From: Octopus sinensis
Lineage: Eukaryota
Length of the DNA stretch: 64,000 bases
Direction of reading: 5' to 3'
NCBI RefSeq assembly: GCF_006345805.1
Contig: NC_042997.1
Span: 88,226,001 to 88,290,000, forward strand
Positions 50,181 to 63,070 of this stretch are shown here, piece by piece (position 1 is the first letter of the stretch; each line of letters opens with the position of its first letter). Below the pieces are notes generated by a model. The model had not been told where the DNA came from. It saw nothing but the letters and a program-made list of their open reading frames with translations, and did no database searches. A program made the translations under genes and the position numbers.

Positions 50181-52439
50181 ACCTTTAAATTAATTTCAGA
50201 ACTGTAGGACAGTCAGGCCTAAACATGAGAAGAGATAATCAATGACTAAAAATACTGATTAAATGTTGCCAGTCAATCCAAATTGATATGTTGAAAATTT
50301 TATATCTGGTTTCCTACTCATATAGATTTCTCAAATACAGTTAACTTTATTAACAGCTGACTGCCTCAGGATATTGGTGGGGATTTTTGTATGACAATCA
50401 TGCTATGATTGTGGTGTGAAATCATGCAGTTGTGTGTGGTGTAGAGTCTGTGTCATAATTCAACCAAACTATTAGCTGATGCAGACTACATCTAGCTTCC
50501 TCTGATTTTGCTGTTTGACCATGCTTTATAGCACTGTTTCACTGAGAAATTCCTATTGTGTAGGATACAGTATGGTTTTGAGAACAATTTATGGATACTA
50601 CTCTATCACAAGTCATATGGTGCATCTATTTTGCTGACCAATATTTCTTTATATTATTAAAGTTTCCTGTAATTTTTGCAGCAGAGAAGAGAAAGGTGCA
50701 TATTTGTAATTTTGTTGAATTTGCTGCAGGCTTTTTGGCAGTAAGCCTAATGTAACTACCAATGCTATGCTATGCACTTGTTTGTTTCTGTAATCATATG
50801 TTTATTTGTGTTTGTGTATGCGTGTGTGCACATGTGTGTGTGTGTGTGTCCCTTTAGTCATTCATGACAATTGCTCCAATGGTAATGGGAAGGTCAAATA
50901 GAATATCTAAATATTTTTCTTTAGGAAAATAAATTAAAATTTGGCGAACATAATTGGATAGATAAGAAGATATTTTAAGTGAGGTGGATTTGATGTGAGA
51001 AGAGATCAAGTAGAAAAACTGGTAATATGATATGGATGGGTGATGGCAGATGTGGTAGTTGAAGGCTGTGGTGGGTGTTGTTGTTTGTAAGTGTAGTAAT
51101 ATTGATGGTAGAAATATAATGGGAATGGTGATGGTGGTGATAAAGTTGGTATTGATCACAGTGGTGGGGTTGTGGTGGACAGTGTATTGGTAGTGGAGGT
51201 ATCTGGGTTTGATGATGGTGATGTAGAGTATATGATAAAGAGGTGTTGGTGATTGGTGGATAGAGAAAGAAATAGGTGAGGGTTGGAAATGGTGTAGTAA
51301 GGAGAACAAATCTGTAGTAAAACTAGTACACACACACACAAGAAATTTTTAATTCTACCATTTATGTAGTTTAAAACCTCAAGACACCAAACAGGAAGTT
51401 ACAAGTAAAATTGGTGCCATTAAAAACACTTCCCTCCTGATCCAACTTTGTATTTAGTTACCTTTGTAGTTTTGAGTGCTTTCTAGTAACATTGCTTGAT
51501 TCTGTTATTTGTTATTCTTGTGGAGGGAAAATTCTTCAATTTTCAGACAATTGCTAGCTTAAAAGAAATCAATACTTCTGTAGCTGCTACGACTGCTGCA
51601 CTCTTGTACATTGATGGTTATCAGCTGATTCATGATATGTCACTGTTACTTCGATCTTACAACTACTAGTTATTTATTTACCTGTTATTCTGAAAACTTA
51701 GTCTTTTTAGATTTTTTCGTATTTGGTCACTGCTGTTTCTGTTGATATAATTATATATAAAGGCCTGTGGTTGTGATCCCTTAACTACTAGATTGTTAAT
51801 AGTTACACAGGCATGTAGAGAGATTTACGAATGAACAGAGAGAAAGATTGATAGATAGAGAGATAAACAGACAGACAAGACCTATAAACTGCTCTTAAAT
51901 GATCAATTGTCTAATCCCTAAATGGCTCTACTTAAGCAGGCCTGTGGCTAATTTCGTGCTGTGCCATAGATATTTGTTCAATATCTGTTTACCAATGTTA
52001 CTCAAGAAATATTATCAAAATTATAGTCAAAGATATGTAGACATTTTCAAGTCAGCAGCAGTAGTAGCAGTCAGCTATTAGTGCTAATACTTAAAGCTGG
52101 TCAGACAGACAGATGGATGTATGAATGAATGAATGAATTGATGGACAGCTGGTTAGTAAATGAATTGAATGGATAGAGAGATAAAATTATAGACGGACGG
52201 ATATATATTATGTTTAATGGTTTAGATAGACAAGATAGACAAACTAATAGGCAGTTATTGTGTTGTCTGTCACTGAATAAAAGTCTTTAGCTGCTAGATA
52301 TCAAATAATGCTTATTAATCCTCTACACAATAAAATTTTGAGTTTTTTTTTTACCTAGTAAGTTCCCAAGGTAGTGAATCTGTGTCAGAGATAGCAACTT
52401 GTTTGTAAAACTTTGCTGTTCCCAGTAGAGCCAATAAAG

Positions 52440-52650
52440 AGGCCTTTACATGGTTGCTACACCAGCTAAAAATAGCTACCAAATCTTTAAATCACATCTA
52501 ATTGTCTTTAAATATGAAGACATTGAATAAGGGAACCCTAGATACATGGTATTTGTTGAAAAACACAAAAACTGGATGGTTACAACTAGAACACCTTTTT
52601 ATTTTAAATTTACATGATTAGGGCTAACCTGGGGATAAAAAGAAACAACA
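52440..52650 (+). repeat. Dispersed SINE-like family C (other copies 39310-39500 on -, 55150-55360 on +, 62265-62690 on +)
   Basis: Recurrent GCTAGAAATAGCAGCCAAATCT..C.CTA...TCTTAAAAAA head and GATCATAGG..CTG..CAGGGCT.ACCTGGGG.TAAA tail; a longer variant carries AATCAATTT.AAAGAGACATATATC. Confidence 0.65.
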
Positions 52651-53199
52651 TTCATACACACATAATGTAAGCATAGATAAACAAACAAAACAAATGAATA
52701 AGTGAAAACACGTTCCATCGTAGAAGCCAGCCACCCACCAACCAGACATCAATATTGTAAGAAAAATACAAGAGAAAGAAGATATCTATAGACTATCAAC
52801 AAAATGTCTGCAAATCCAGTACCTGAAATGCACTTTCAGCTTTTTTATTATTATAGAAGCAACAGGATATGTACCAACTCACCAGGATCAAAGTATGTTT
52901 AAATTTGGATTCACAAACTCCATAGTTGTTCAGTTACTGATGATCATGATATTTGGGATAATAAAAATCTGCAAGATTTTCTTATAGTTTAGAGGATGAA
53001 TTGTTGCACAAAAGATGTTAAAGAGAACCAGATTCTTTACTTTACAGCCTTGCCACCAAGCTGGTGGCTGACAAACAAACTTTAAAACTCTTATCACAAG
53101 AAATATACAAACAAGCAAACAAACTTACTATCACTTACTACCATTTAGATCTAAAGCAACTATAGTAGCAACTATATAGGTTACCAAAGGCAATATTAC

Positions 53200-53480
53200 A
53201 GGGTGACAATTTGTATAATGCTGTTCATAGGGACAGGGAAAACTTCTGTTGGACCTATTTGGAAAATGTCAGAGCAATGCATTAGGATCTACAGAGGAAG
53301 GAAAAACTGTCACCTTCTTGTTAGTGACCTTAAACTGTTTACAGGTGGTATTCATGACACCAAGAGACAATTAGAGCTAGTTAAAATATCCCCCACAGAA
53401 CATATGAATAGAGTTTAATCAAGATAAGTGTTCATATTTGGAAAATTGATTGAGGAATCGTCTACTTTTAGGAACTTAAA
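53200..53480 (+). pseudogene. Possible decayed non-LTR RT fragment (R4/Dong-like)
   Basis: NCHLLVSDLKLF resembles HLLYMDDLKLY. A separate EETVHQYISGCHMLA at about 32350-32420 resembles the C-terminal zinc knuckle of such elements. Confidence 0.3.
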
Positions 53481-54184
53481 TAAATCTCAGAGAAAACTAT
53501 TCATTCATTCAGCAGACATTTCACCATCAAACAATAACACTATCTCCACAGTTTTTATTTGATGGTTATGGCTAATAACTAATTAGAGTATATAGCCATC
53601 ATGTACAGGAATTAACTGACAACAAAATAATAATTATTAAATAATAATAAGATAAAAACAGCTCAGATGTAAATGTAGGAAATGGAAATATTAAGAAAAG
53701 TAGCTTTCATTACTCTTTAGTTCTGTTCTCTCAAATGTATGCTTTTTATTTATTTATTTGTTTTCTTAGTCTTTATTATTAATCACCTTAGTATTGTCCC
53801 TATCAATCGTCTGATTAATAGGTATAATATTAAGGCTCCTCTCTATCCCAGATATAAATCATGCTTTTGCTAAAAAATATTTAAGAAATGTTTGCTCATG
53901 TCAATATTGTAAGGGCTAGTTGTCTACTAAGTAGAAGCAAATGGTACAGTGTTCAAGTCAGATATTCGATATCTAAATTTGATGTCTTCTGTTTCTTTGC
54001 TCATGGCTTATCAAACTAATTTGGATATTATATATCCAGTTTTTGTATTCTGAGAAAATAGGGATCACACCACAGATTTTTTAAAATGAAAATAAGAAAT
54101 TCCATAATTACAAACTAAATTTCCCACCATCTTTCGTTATCACCATTTAACATCAAAAATATATCTTTTCTTGTTATCTTACAG

Positions 54185-54382
54185 TAGCATCGCATGATGA
54201 TAATGACGATGAAAAATCTTCCCGACAACAAATTTTGGGATCATTTTTACCTATCAGCTCCCAGGGCAGTGGATCTGTATCAAATGCAGATAGTGACCTG
54301 CTCATAAAACTTTGTTGTTGTCAATTAAAACTACCAAAATGCCTGAAGTGCCTGAGATTTCCAGAGATCCTTGATCCTCAAA
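54185..54382 (+). CDS. CNGB1: Next internal coding exon of the same CNG channel beta subunit (linker leading to S1)
   Basis: Acceptor CTTTTCTTGTTATCTTACAG|TAG at 54184/54185 and donor CAAA|GTATGT at 54382/54383. It is 198 bp, phase 1 to phase 1, and in frame with the donor at 30081. Translation (V)ASHDDNDDEKSSRQQILGSFLPISSQGSGSVSNADSDLLIKLCCCQLKLPKCLKCLRFPEILDPQ ends like CNGB1 [23 protein letters not shown] (shared LCC and FP..I/LDP). Confidence 0.85.
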
Positions 54383-56428
54383 GTATGTACTTTTGTCTCA
54401 TTTATATAAATCTCTATTTCTTACCTTTGTTTTTATATGTTCAAAGTTAAAACTCTGTTTTTTGTTTTAATTTTTTGACGACATTCAATAATAATACTTT
54501 CCTAAAAATTTTCTAACATATATCTAAAACTATTCAACAGTATACATAAAACAGCACAATATTCTTATAATTATCATCTAACACCAACCACTCCATAGAG
54601 TGTACTGGGTGCTTTTTATATGGCACCATCACTTGTGCTTTTAATGTGGCATCAGCACTGATATCAATTCTGCTGTGGCAGATACAACTCAAGTACAGAA
54701 GTGTGTCCAGTCATTTTTTTTTCTTTTTTGCATTCTGAGTTCAAACCTGCTGTCAGCTTTGCCTTTCATTCTTCTACCCTCCACTAAATTTGAGATATGT
54801 ACCTATGTTAGAAATCCATTTTCATGATTGCCAGTCTAGCATTATTCTCTACACGCTGACCCTTTTGTTGCCACATTTCTATAGACATACAAAAACCTTT
54901 CAGTCAAATAGTTTTTAAAATACTGAAGAATTTAGTAAAATAATTTTGTCATTATTAAGATAGTGTCTGAAACAAGATGGTGTCTGAAATTCACACGGAA
55001 ATTTGATGGCAAGTTTCAATTTAGATCACTTTAAAACAGGAAGCTTATATCATAGAACAAAGGAGAGTTTTTCAGGAGGGTCGATATCAAAAAGATTAGT
55101 AGTTATGAGGTTAAAAATGTGACCCTTCTTTTCAAAATACCAGTGACTGCAGCAAGCTAGAAATAGCAGCCAAATCTCCCTCACCCTACCAACTTAGAAA
55201 AAAATACATGGTGGATAATGTTTTTTCTGTTTGAACTGTGATGTGATAAAGGAAGTTCCAGATAGAATCTTTTAATCAATTTGAAAGAGACATATATCAT
55301 TAGCCATAACAGATGTGGTGCCAGAAGAAGATGAAAGAGACATAACTGCTTTTATAGCCAAATAGCTGTTATCATACTTTTTTCTCCACATTTAATATAT
55401 TGTTGTTACCAAGTATGTAAATTAATACACACATTATACAGTCTTTATTCATCATTTATTGAGTACATTAGAATATTTAACTCATTTATTTATTCTTTAC
55501 CCTAAACAACGAAAATTTAGACATTTTAATTTTCAAGCTTACATTGTTTATTAATTATAAAAGTGATATTACGCAACCAATCAAAAAATTATTATCACAA
55601 TGTATTAAAAACAGAATTTACAAATTTCAGCACTCTAAGGAGTCATGCACTTTGGGGATGTGCCACAGTATTTGTTGGGCCATCAAATGTAGCTGTAGGT
55701 GTATCTGCAGGGGTAATTTCAATCTATTTTGCAAATTTATTGAACTCTTGTAAGATTATTTATCACTTTAGTTTGAACTGGTCAATTGTCGTGTATAGCT
55801 AGGATCATTAGATGTTCATCTCATACATAAGGAGCTAGATCTCTGGTTAGAAACCATAACTTTTCTGCCATTTATGAACCTGACATGAGAATAATTGAGA
55901 TTTGTCTCTAGAAATGTTGTGGGTTTCAATAGCTTTGCATATTTGAACATATGTGGTGATGCAAATAACTATGTGATGTTTAGAAAACCAAGTGGGCTGT
56001 GATGATCTGGTAAAGCCTTTCTAGAAAATTAAAAGAGCCTTCCATAAAAATTCTTAATGCAGAGCTTCATGCCATAGCTTTCCTAGTAACTGTACATAGT
56101 AATGGTCATGTGGAACATGCAGTAATATGTTCTCCCCTTGGGAAATTTTTAATTTAATTTTTGATCTCAAGAACTAATTTTATATAATTCAAAATCATCC
56201 CTTTATATCTTTTACACTGTAAGTTATCTAATGGATTATATGTAGTCATGCAGCTTTGTAGTAATCCCTTGGCTAGTTAGAATGTACTTCAACTTAGTAA
56301 ATCTGATGGAACCTTGTCCATAAAGTGACATTCCAAATAAATTAAGAACTTTCTTACAGTAGAGGTACTTGTTACACTTGTGAAAAAGTGAATAGATATA
56401 AGAAAATTTGTCATTTATGTAAAATACA

Positions 56429-57330
56429 CGAGGTGGTATCACAAAATTCCCAGACTAGTTATGTTTAATAAAAAATAACTTATTTACCTAAGTTTTAACA
56501 TAATCTCCTTCAAAATTGTCACCTTGTGTAGTAATACACCAGTCTTAGCATTTCTGCCACTTTTGGAATCTGGTCTGGAAGTTGTTTTCTGTAAACAAGT
56601 TGAGGACCTTCTGCAATTTTCTCATGATCTCAACAAAGGTGTTAAAACAGTGACTATAGGGCTGCATTTTCATCTTCAGGAAAGAGTTAGGTCTGCAGGT
56701 TCTAAATCTGGTGAATAGGGCAGGTGCAGAAGCATTACCATGTTGCTTTTGGCAAGAAACTCATGAGCTCAGTGACGGGGTGCGTTGCCATAATGAAGAA
56801 TCCAATTCTTCACGCTCCACAGATCCATGTCCTCCAAATACTTCAAAACATTGTTGATTGTCCTCTGATGATCCTCATGCACAAGCTGATGAATTTTCTC
56901 CACGTTTCCTGGGGTGACACTCATGACAGGTCTTCCAGATTGTTCATTGTTTTCCAGGTATGTTCTTCTGCTTTTGAAGTGCTCATGCCACTTGAAATAT
57001 TGTGTATGACCCATTGCTTTGTCACCAAAAGCTTGCCAATACATGCTCAGTGTCTCTACTGTCTCTACAGTATAGCTGACTTCCCAAGTTTAATGCAAAA
57101 TTTCATGTTGGCTTTTTGTTCCAACTTCCTGTCCATGGCAAAAATTGTAGACCACAGCATACATGTGATCACAAAAACCCAAATTTCAGAACTTGTGAAG
57201 TAAACAAAGCCATGTCACTCAGCACACTGCCTCATGAAGATCACTGCTAGCTCTCACTGCACATGTAACTGTGTGCTGCCATCTGTTAGTACACTATAGA
57301 ACTAGTCTAGAAACGTTTTGATACCACCTA
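56429..57330 (-). mobile_element. Internally deleted, decayed mariner element
   Basis: TIRs GAGGTGGTATCACAAAATTCCCAGACTAGTT and (reverse complement) TAGGTGGTATCAAAACGTTTCTAGACTAGTT. The minus-strand frame QAFGDKAMGHTQYFKWHEHFKS..SGRP..EDHQRTI joins directly to WILHYGNAPRH, so the central catalytic region is lost. Confidence 0.85.
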
Positions 57331-57961
57331 TATTTGAATTATTAGAATGAGGAAAATACCATTTGAAGTTTATTGCTAAGCATTCAGATGAAAAGGAAAC
57401 TTTTAAAAGAGTAGTATTTTTCAGACAAGAAAATTACACTTGATTTTATTATGTGTGTGCCAATAGGTACATACTTAAGTTATGTACTTTTATGTACTTA
57501 TTTTCCTTGTACTAAGGAATTATATAGTAACTCTAAAGTACTGGACAGGTGATCAGTTGAAATATTCTCCAAGCCAGGTATATAATTTATAGAGCATAGA
57601 AGATAGAAAAGTTCAGTTCTTCAGGGTAAGATTTTATCATTTCCCTTTTCCATGCTTTTTTTTTTCTGTCAGACATGATTGAAATAAAGTTTTGATCTGC
57701 TATTAAATTAGAATGTATAATAAAAAAAAATTTCCCATTTTCTCTCAGCTCCTATAACAAAATCTGCTTCTTTCTCAACAATGTAATAGTTTATTTTCTG
57801 ATTTAAGTACATTGAGAAAGACGCCACTGATCTACCACTTTGTGATAATATTACAGTAATAATTTCATCTCTTGCTTATGTCGTAAAAGGCAAAATATTA
57901 GCAATAGCAGTAACAACTGTCCATTTTATATAATTTTGTCATAGCCCAACTAATTAGGGGG

Positions 57962-59512
57962 AGAGTTAGTCTAGATGAGATGCAATTTGGTTTTGTGCCA
58001 GGTAGAAGCACCACTGATGTTATGTTTCTGGTAAGGCAACTGCAGGGGAAATACGTAGCCAAAGATAAACTCTGTATTTGGCTTTTGTTGACTTGGAGAA
58101 AGCCTTTGACAGCCCCCGCCCCCGCAATCCCTTATCTGGTGGTCAATGAGGAAACTAGGGATAGACAAGTGGTTAGTGAGAGCCATACAAGCCTTGTACT
58201 TGGAAGCTACCAGTAAGGTGAAGGTGGACAATGAGTACAGCAGAGAACTCAGGGTACAAGTAGGGATTCACCTAAGATTGGTGCTCAACTCCTTGTTCAT
58301 CATAGTCCTCCAGGCAATAACAGAGCAATTTAAGACAGGCTGCCCCTGGAAGCTCCTCTATGCTGATGACCTTTCTCATATAGCTGAATCACTACTTAAA
58401 CTAAAGAAGTTCCAGGTATGGAAGCAAGGTCTAGAATCGAAGGGCCTTAGAATTAACCTAGCAAAAACCAAAGTCATAGTAAGTAAGAAGGCAGACAAAT
58501 CACAAATCCCTTCAGGTAGATGGCCTAGCTCAATCTGTAGAAAAGGAGTTGGTAGAAACTCCATAAGATGCACCTGGTGTAAGCTTTGGACACATAATAG
58601 GTGCAGCAACATCAGAGGAAAGTTAACAGGGAAACTAACTTTTGTATGTGGAAGGTGCACAGGTACAGTAAATGCTAAAAATGTGCAGAAAATGGACTCC
58701 ATCAACTACTAGGAGGAACAAGCTAGTGGTAGTAAATAGCTTCCGTTATCTAGGTGACCAAGTTAGTAGTGGAGGTGGATGCTCCAAGAGCATAGCTGTG
58801 AGAATAAGATCAGGCTGGGCAAAGTTCAGAGAGCTTCTACCCCTGCTGGCAACAAAGGGCCTCGCTCTCAAAGTGAAAGGCAGATTGTTTGGTGCCTGTA
58901 TGCAAACAGCTATGCCCCATGACAATGAAACTTGGACTATGACAGTGGAGGGCATACATAGGCTTGAACGAAATGAAGCCAGTATGTTTCGCTAAATGTG
59001 CAATGTCAGTGTGCATGTTCGACAGAGTGTAAGCATCTTGAGAGAAAAGTTAGGCATAAGAGAAATCAGATGTGATGTGCAAGAGATGACTATGCTGGTA
59101 TGGTCATGTAATGTATATGAATGAGGAAAACTGCGTAAAGAATGCTGGCCTCTAACTGTGGAAGGAACCTGTGATAGAGATAGACCCAGGAAGACATGGG
59201 ATGGTGAAGCATAGTCTTTGAACTTTGAGCCTCACAGAGGCACTGACTGGTGACCAAGCCGAGCAAAATCACAGTTGTGATAGATACCGGTGGCATGTAA
59301 ATGCACCCTGGTGTCATGCAAATGGCACCCGTGCTAGTGGCACAAAATCACCCATTACACTCTTGAAGTGGTTGGCATTAGGAAGGGCATCCAGCCATAG
59401 AAAACCAAGTCAAATCAGACTGGAGTCTGGTGCAGCCTTCCAGCGTGCCAGCCCAGTCAAACCATCCAACTCATGCCTACATGGACAACGGATGCTAAAT
59501 CATGATGATGAT
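57962..59512 (+). pseudogene. 5'-truncated RTE LINE: RT domain to 3' tail, frameshifted
   Basis: QFGFVPGRSTTD, DLEKAFD, LRKLGIDKWLVRA, CPWKLLYADDL, GLRINLAKTKV, SFRYLGDQVSSGGGC, RLERNEASM and an ATGATGATG tail at about 59500. Confidence 0.93.
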
Positions 59513-59648
59513 TTGCATACAACACCAATAAGAATTCAAATAAATTAATATAGATCCCTTGCTACTTGGAAAGCTGAGTACATTTTTTCCTACTTAATAA
59601 TAAGCACTATTTATATCAGTATTGCTATAACATTTATGTTTGAACATA

Positions 59649-60863
59649 TCAGATTGATGCAAAAATAATTGTGGTTTTTGACTATCATCTTGAAGTAATA
59701 TATCTCAGGTGAGAATGAATTATATCAATAAATAATCATTAGATTCTACACATTTTTATCCACAATTAACAAGTCTGCTTATTACAAGAGCATAGAATCC
59801 TGGTATCTTGAATAAATTTTCAAAGGCATTTGAACTACTGCTCAATTATTTACAGAAAGTTATAATGCATAAAATAGGTAATCAGTTGAAGAGAGTATGA
59901 TAACAGAAAGTTATCATGCATAAAATAGATAATCAGTTGAAGAGTTGGGGGTAAGCTACCTGATGTAGAATTTCATAACCAAGTTTTTTCATTTCTACTG
60001 AATCATTTGTGAGACATGTGGTCAGGTGTTGTCATTGATTTAAATTTGTATTTTCCAATTAACAAATCTTGTTCATGAATACAGTTCTTGGGGCATTTTG
60101 TTCATTTCTTTGCTGTGATATTGTCACAAGGATTTAAGAAACAGAAGTATGATTCCACTTACTAAAAACCAGAGATTGTAAACCTATTTTGATACAGCTT
60201 CAGTTTGTGATGGAATTTTTCTTTACTTGGCACAATACAATCAAGAAATTAATCATTTTTGCTGCATCAAGGAAGCCCAGACCAGATTTTGTAATGACTT
60301 TTTTGTTTTTTATTTTGTCAGTTATGCAGTGCCTATTTTGTTGAGCTTTGTGATATTTCAGTAAGGAGGAAATGAATGTCAAGCAAATGTTGAATAGTAA
60401 AGCTTAGTTCTTCAGCAACTAAAGTTGTTCTGCATAGGTTCACTTTAGTAATGGTCTTTAAGTTATTGTTGTCATTCATATGTGGTCATCCATTATCTTC
60501 CTTGTCTTCAAGACTCTTGTTTCTACTATAAAATTTCTGGAACCAATGTTGAACAGTATATTCGTTAACAGTCCTGTGTTCAAATGCCTGCTTGATATTA
60601 TGAACTGTTTCCACTTTGTTGCATTCCATTTTGAATTCATACAATAAAATGACTAAAATTTGCTTTTTATTTTTCAAATTTAATTTAACTGCTTAAAATA
60701 AAAAGAGAAAGTGAAACCATTAATATAATTCAGTAGTTCAAATTCTGTACTGCAAGCTGGTATATTACATGAATTTAGTTTAATAGAAGTTCAACTGCAA
60801 ATATATATCATAATTATAAAATAAGAAAAATTGTTATAAAAAGTTATTTCTATACCAATCTAA
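59649..60863 (-). mobile_element. Full-length but decayed Hsmar1/cecropia-like mariner (~1.2 kb)
   Basis: Left TA|TCAGATTGATGCAAAAATAATTGTGGTTTTTG and right (reverse complement) TTAGATTGGTATAGAAATAAC resemble Hsmar1 TIR TTAGGTTGGTGCAAAAGTAATTGCGGTTTTTG. The N-terminus KKQILVILLYEFKM..VNEYTVQHWFQKF..SLEDKE resembles Hsmar1, and there are decayed DNARPH and LGYEILH motifs near 59960-60040. Confidence 0.85.
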
Positions 60864-62924
60864 TGTCATTGACTAGATGATATGGAGAACTGGATAAATA
60901 TTAAGCTCTACAAAACAGTTGAAAGTTTGAGAGAATTCTATGCAAGCCTTTTCTTACTGGAATTGCCAGTAACAACCAGCATCTGTGCTTGGCATGGTAA
61001 AATATTTGATTTTGTGAAACCTTCTCTTTAAAGTTTTGAAGTTTCTGAATCTTTAAATTTTTTATCTTCCATACTGTATAACAAGATTGCAGCAGATTCC
61101 CCACTCACAGTAACTAACTCTAAATTTCTTTTTGTAATTTTAAAAAAGTAAACGAAGAATACCTTCAGCACAAAGTATGAACAGAAAGTTATTATATCAT
61201 CTTATTTTTTATAGATATTTTAGTGATGCAATATCTACAAATTTAATTTTATATTTTGGATTTAGCCTACTTGTGGATATATTTCCTAGTGGAATTGATT
61301 TGCTAATTTTTGACAGATTAAATTTTCATATCAGCCTGTATCTATGAGAATTTCAATTAACTTGTTATTAATTTTGTTGTTATCACAGGAACTAAAAGAA
61401 ACTCATTAGTAACCCATAGAGACCCAAGAAACCCATAGAATTGCCAGAGAAATAGCTTTAGATTAAATAACTGAAGAAGTTGTCTTCATATCTGGGGCAG
61501 AAAAGCTGTGCTTCCTGACTGGCTAATGATAGCTCTGTGTCTTCCTATTTAACATTTTTTTTTACACTTTTTACCAAATGATAGTTTATCACTGAACATG
61601 ATGCTTAAAGGTGAATCTTTGAAGTGCTACAGAAAAAGCGTGTAGTAAATTGCTTAATTTTACCAGTTAAATTTTCATAGTTAACATCAAAAGATTCTAC
61701 TGAAGCAACAAGTATCTGATACAGTTCTGAATTAGATTGAGCTTATTTCAAAGACTTAGCCTACTGGATAGCACTATCCAATGTTAAGGTGTTATTTTCT
61801 CATCATCTGGACCTCATAATATCTGAATACTTTCCATATACAAAAGAATTTCTTATAAATGATAATTTACTTTCTGCAGTTATTATAACATTAAAATTGT
61901 AATCAGGAAATAATAGAAATACTAATATATTTATGAATTAATTAAATTCTATAGAAATTCATCTCTCATTTTGTTGAACTTTCGAATTTGTATGAGCAAA
62001 AGGTATTTTGCATATATTTCAGTGGGTGGTTTTACTTATGCTTCATCTCACGAGTTGCTCAGTCCTGTATGTTTGCTACTTTAAGCCAAATTGTTGGAAC
62101 AAATGCTTTAAAGTTTGAATTGATGGTTGATAGCTATGGCAAAACATTTATTTGAATCTCCTTATCCATAACATTACCCTACCACATTGAAGAGACTTTA
62201 TTGAAATGTCAAACTTTTCTGGTCTAGCTGTCTAGTCTATTTTGATTTAGTAATTGATAGCTTTTAAATTGATTAAACTGTTATGATAAAGAACATTTCT
62301 GCTTTAATCCTTTAATCAATTTAAAAGAGACATATATCTGCATCAGATTATCTGATGTGGTTTTGGAAGAAGATATAAGGAATATGACTGTTTTTATAAA
62401 GAAGCAGCTCTTATAAAACATATTGTGTCCATGAAAAATGGCAGACTGTCCATAGCTAGAATTCCTTTGATCATAGGCCTGCTGTATCAAGGTTGAAATT
62501 AGGCTAAACAGAAGGACATCATCTGTTAGAAATAGCAGCCAAATCTTCTTTAAGTCACTTTTTATCATCTTAAAAAATTGAAGCATACATTGAATAATGT
62601 AGTCTTAGATACCACTTAAAAAAACAGGATGGCCATTGAATGCTTTTAATCATGGATCTGTTCAATTAGGGTTGACATAAAAATAAACAATTACCAGTTA
62701 AGTTTTGAATGCTATATAGAATAAATGACAAAGAAATCTCCTCCTAACATGTTGTTGTTGATACTGCTACTGGAAGATGTTTTATTTTTTCTAAATAAGA
62801 CATATTGTGAGTAATTTTTTAAAAAACATATTTAATTATAGTAATTTCAGTCGCAATAATTATTGTCCTTGTTATTGCTACTGCTTTATATTAATTAGCT
62901 CTCTCAATAAGTTTATTAATTTCT

Positions 62925-63070
62925 TAATAATGATTGGCACATAGTTAGAATTTTTAAGTGGGGGTTATAATCAATTAAATCAATCGATGATTAGTGGTTG
63001 TTTAATCAACCCTTCTGGGATGAGAGGTGAAAGATAAAGTTAATTGCAGTAGAATTTGAACTCAAAAAGT
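62925..63070 (-). mobile_element. Decayed SINE family A copy
   Basis: Reverse complement TGAGTTCAAATTCTACTGCAATTAACTTTATCTTTCACC..GGGTTGATTAAA matches family A. Confidence 0.55.

Noticed and set aside
55140-62690. Apparent permuted module order between family C copies at 55.2 kb and 62.3 kb
   Set aside because: Better explained as two adjacent insertions (long then short variant) at 62265-62690.
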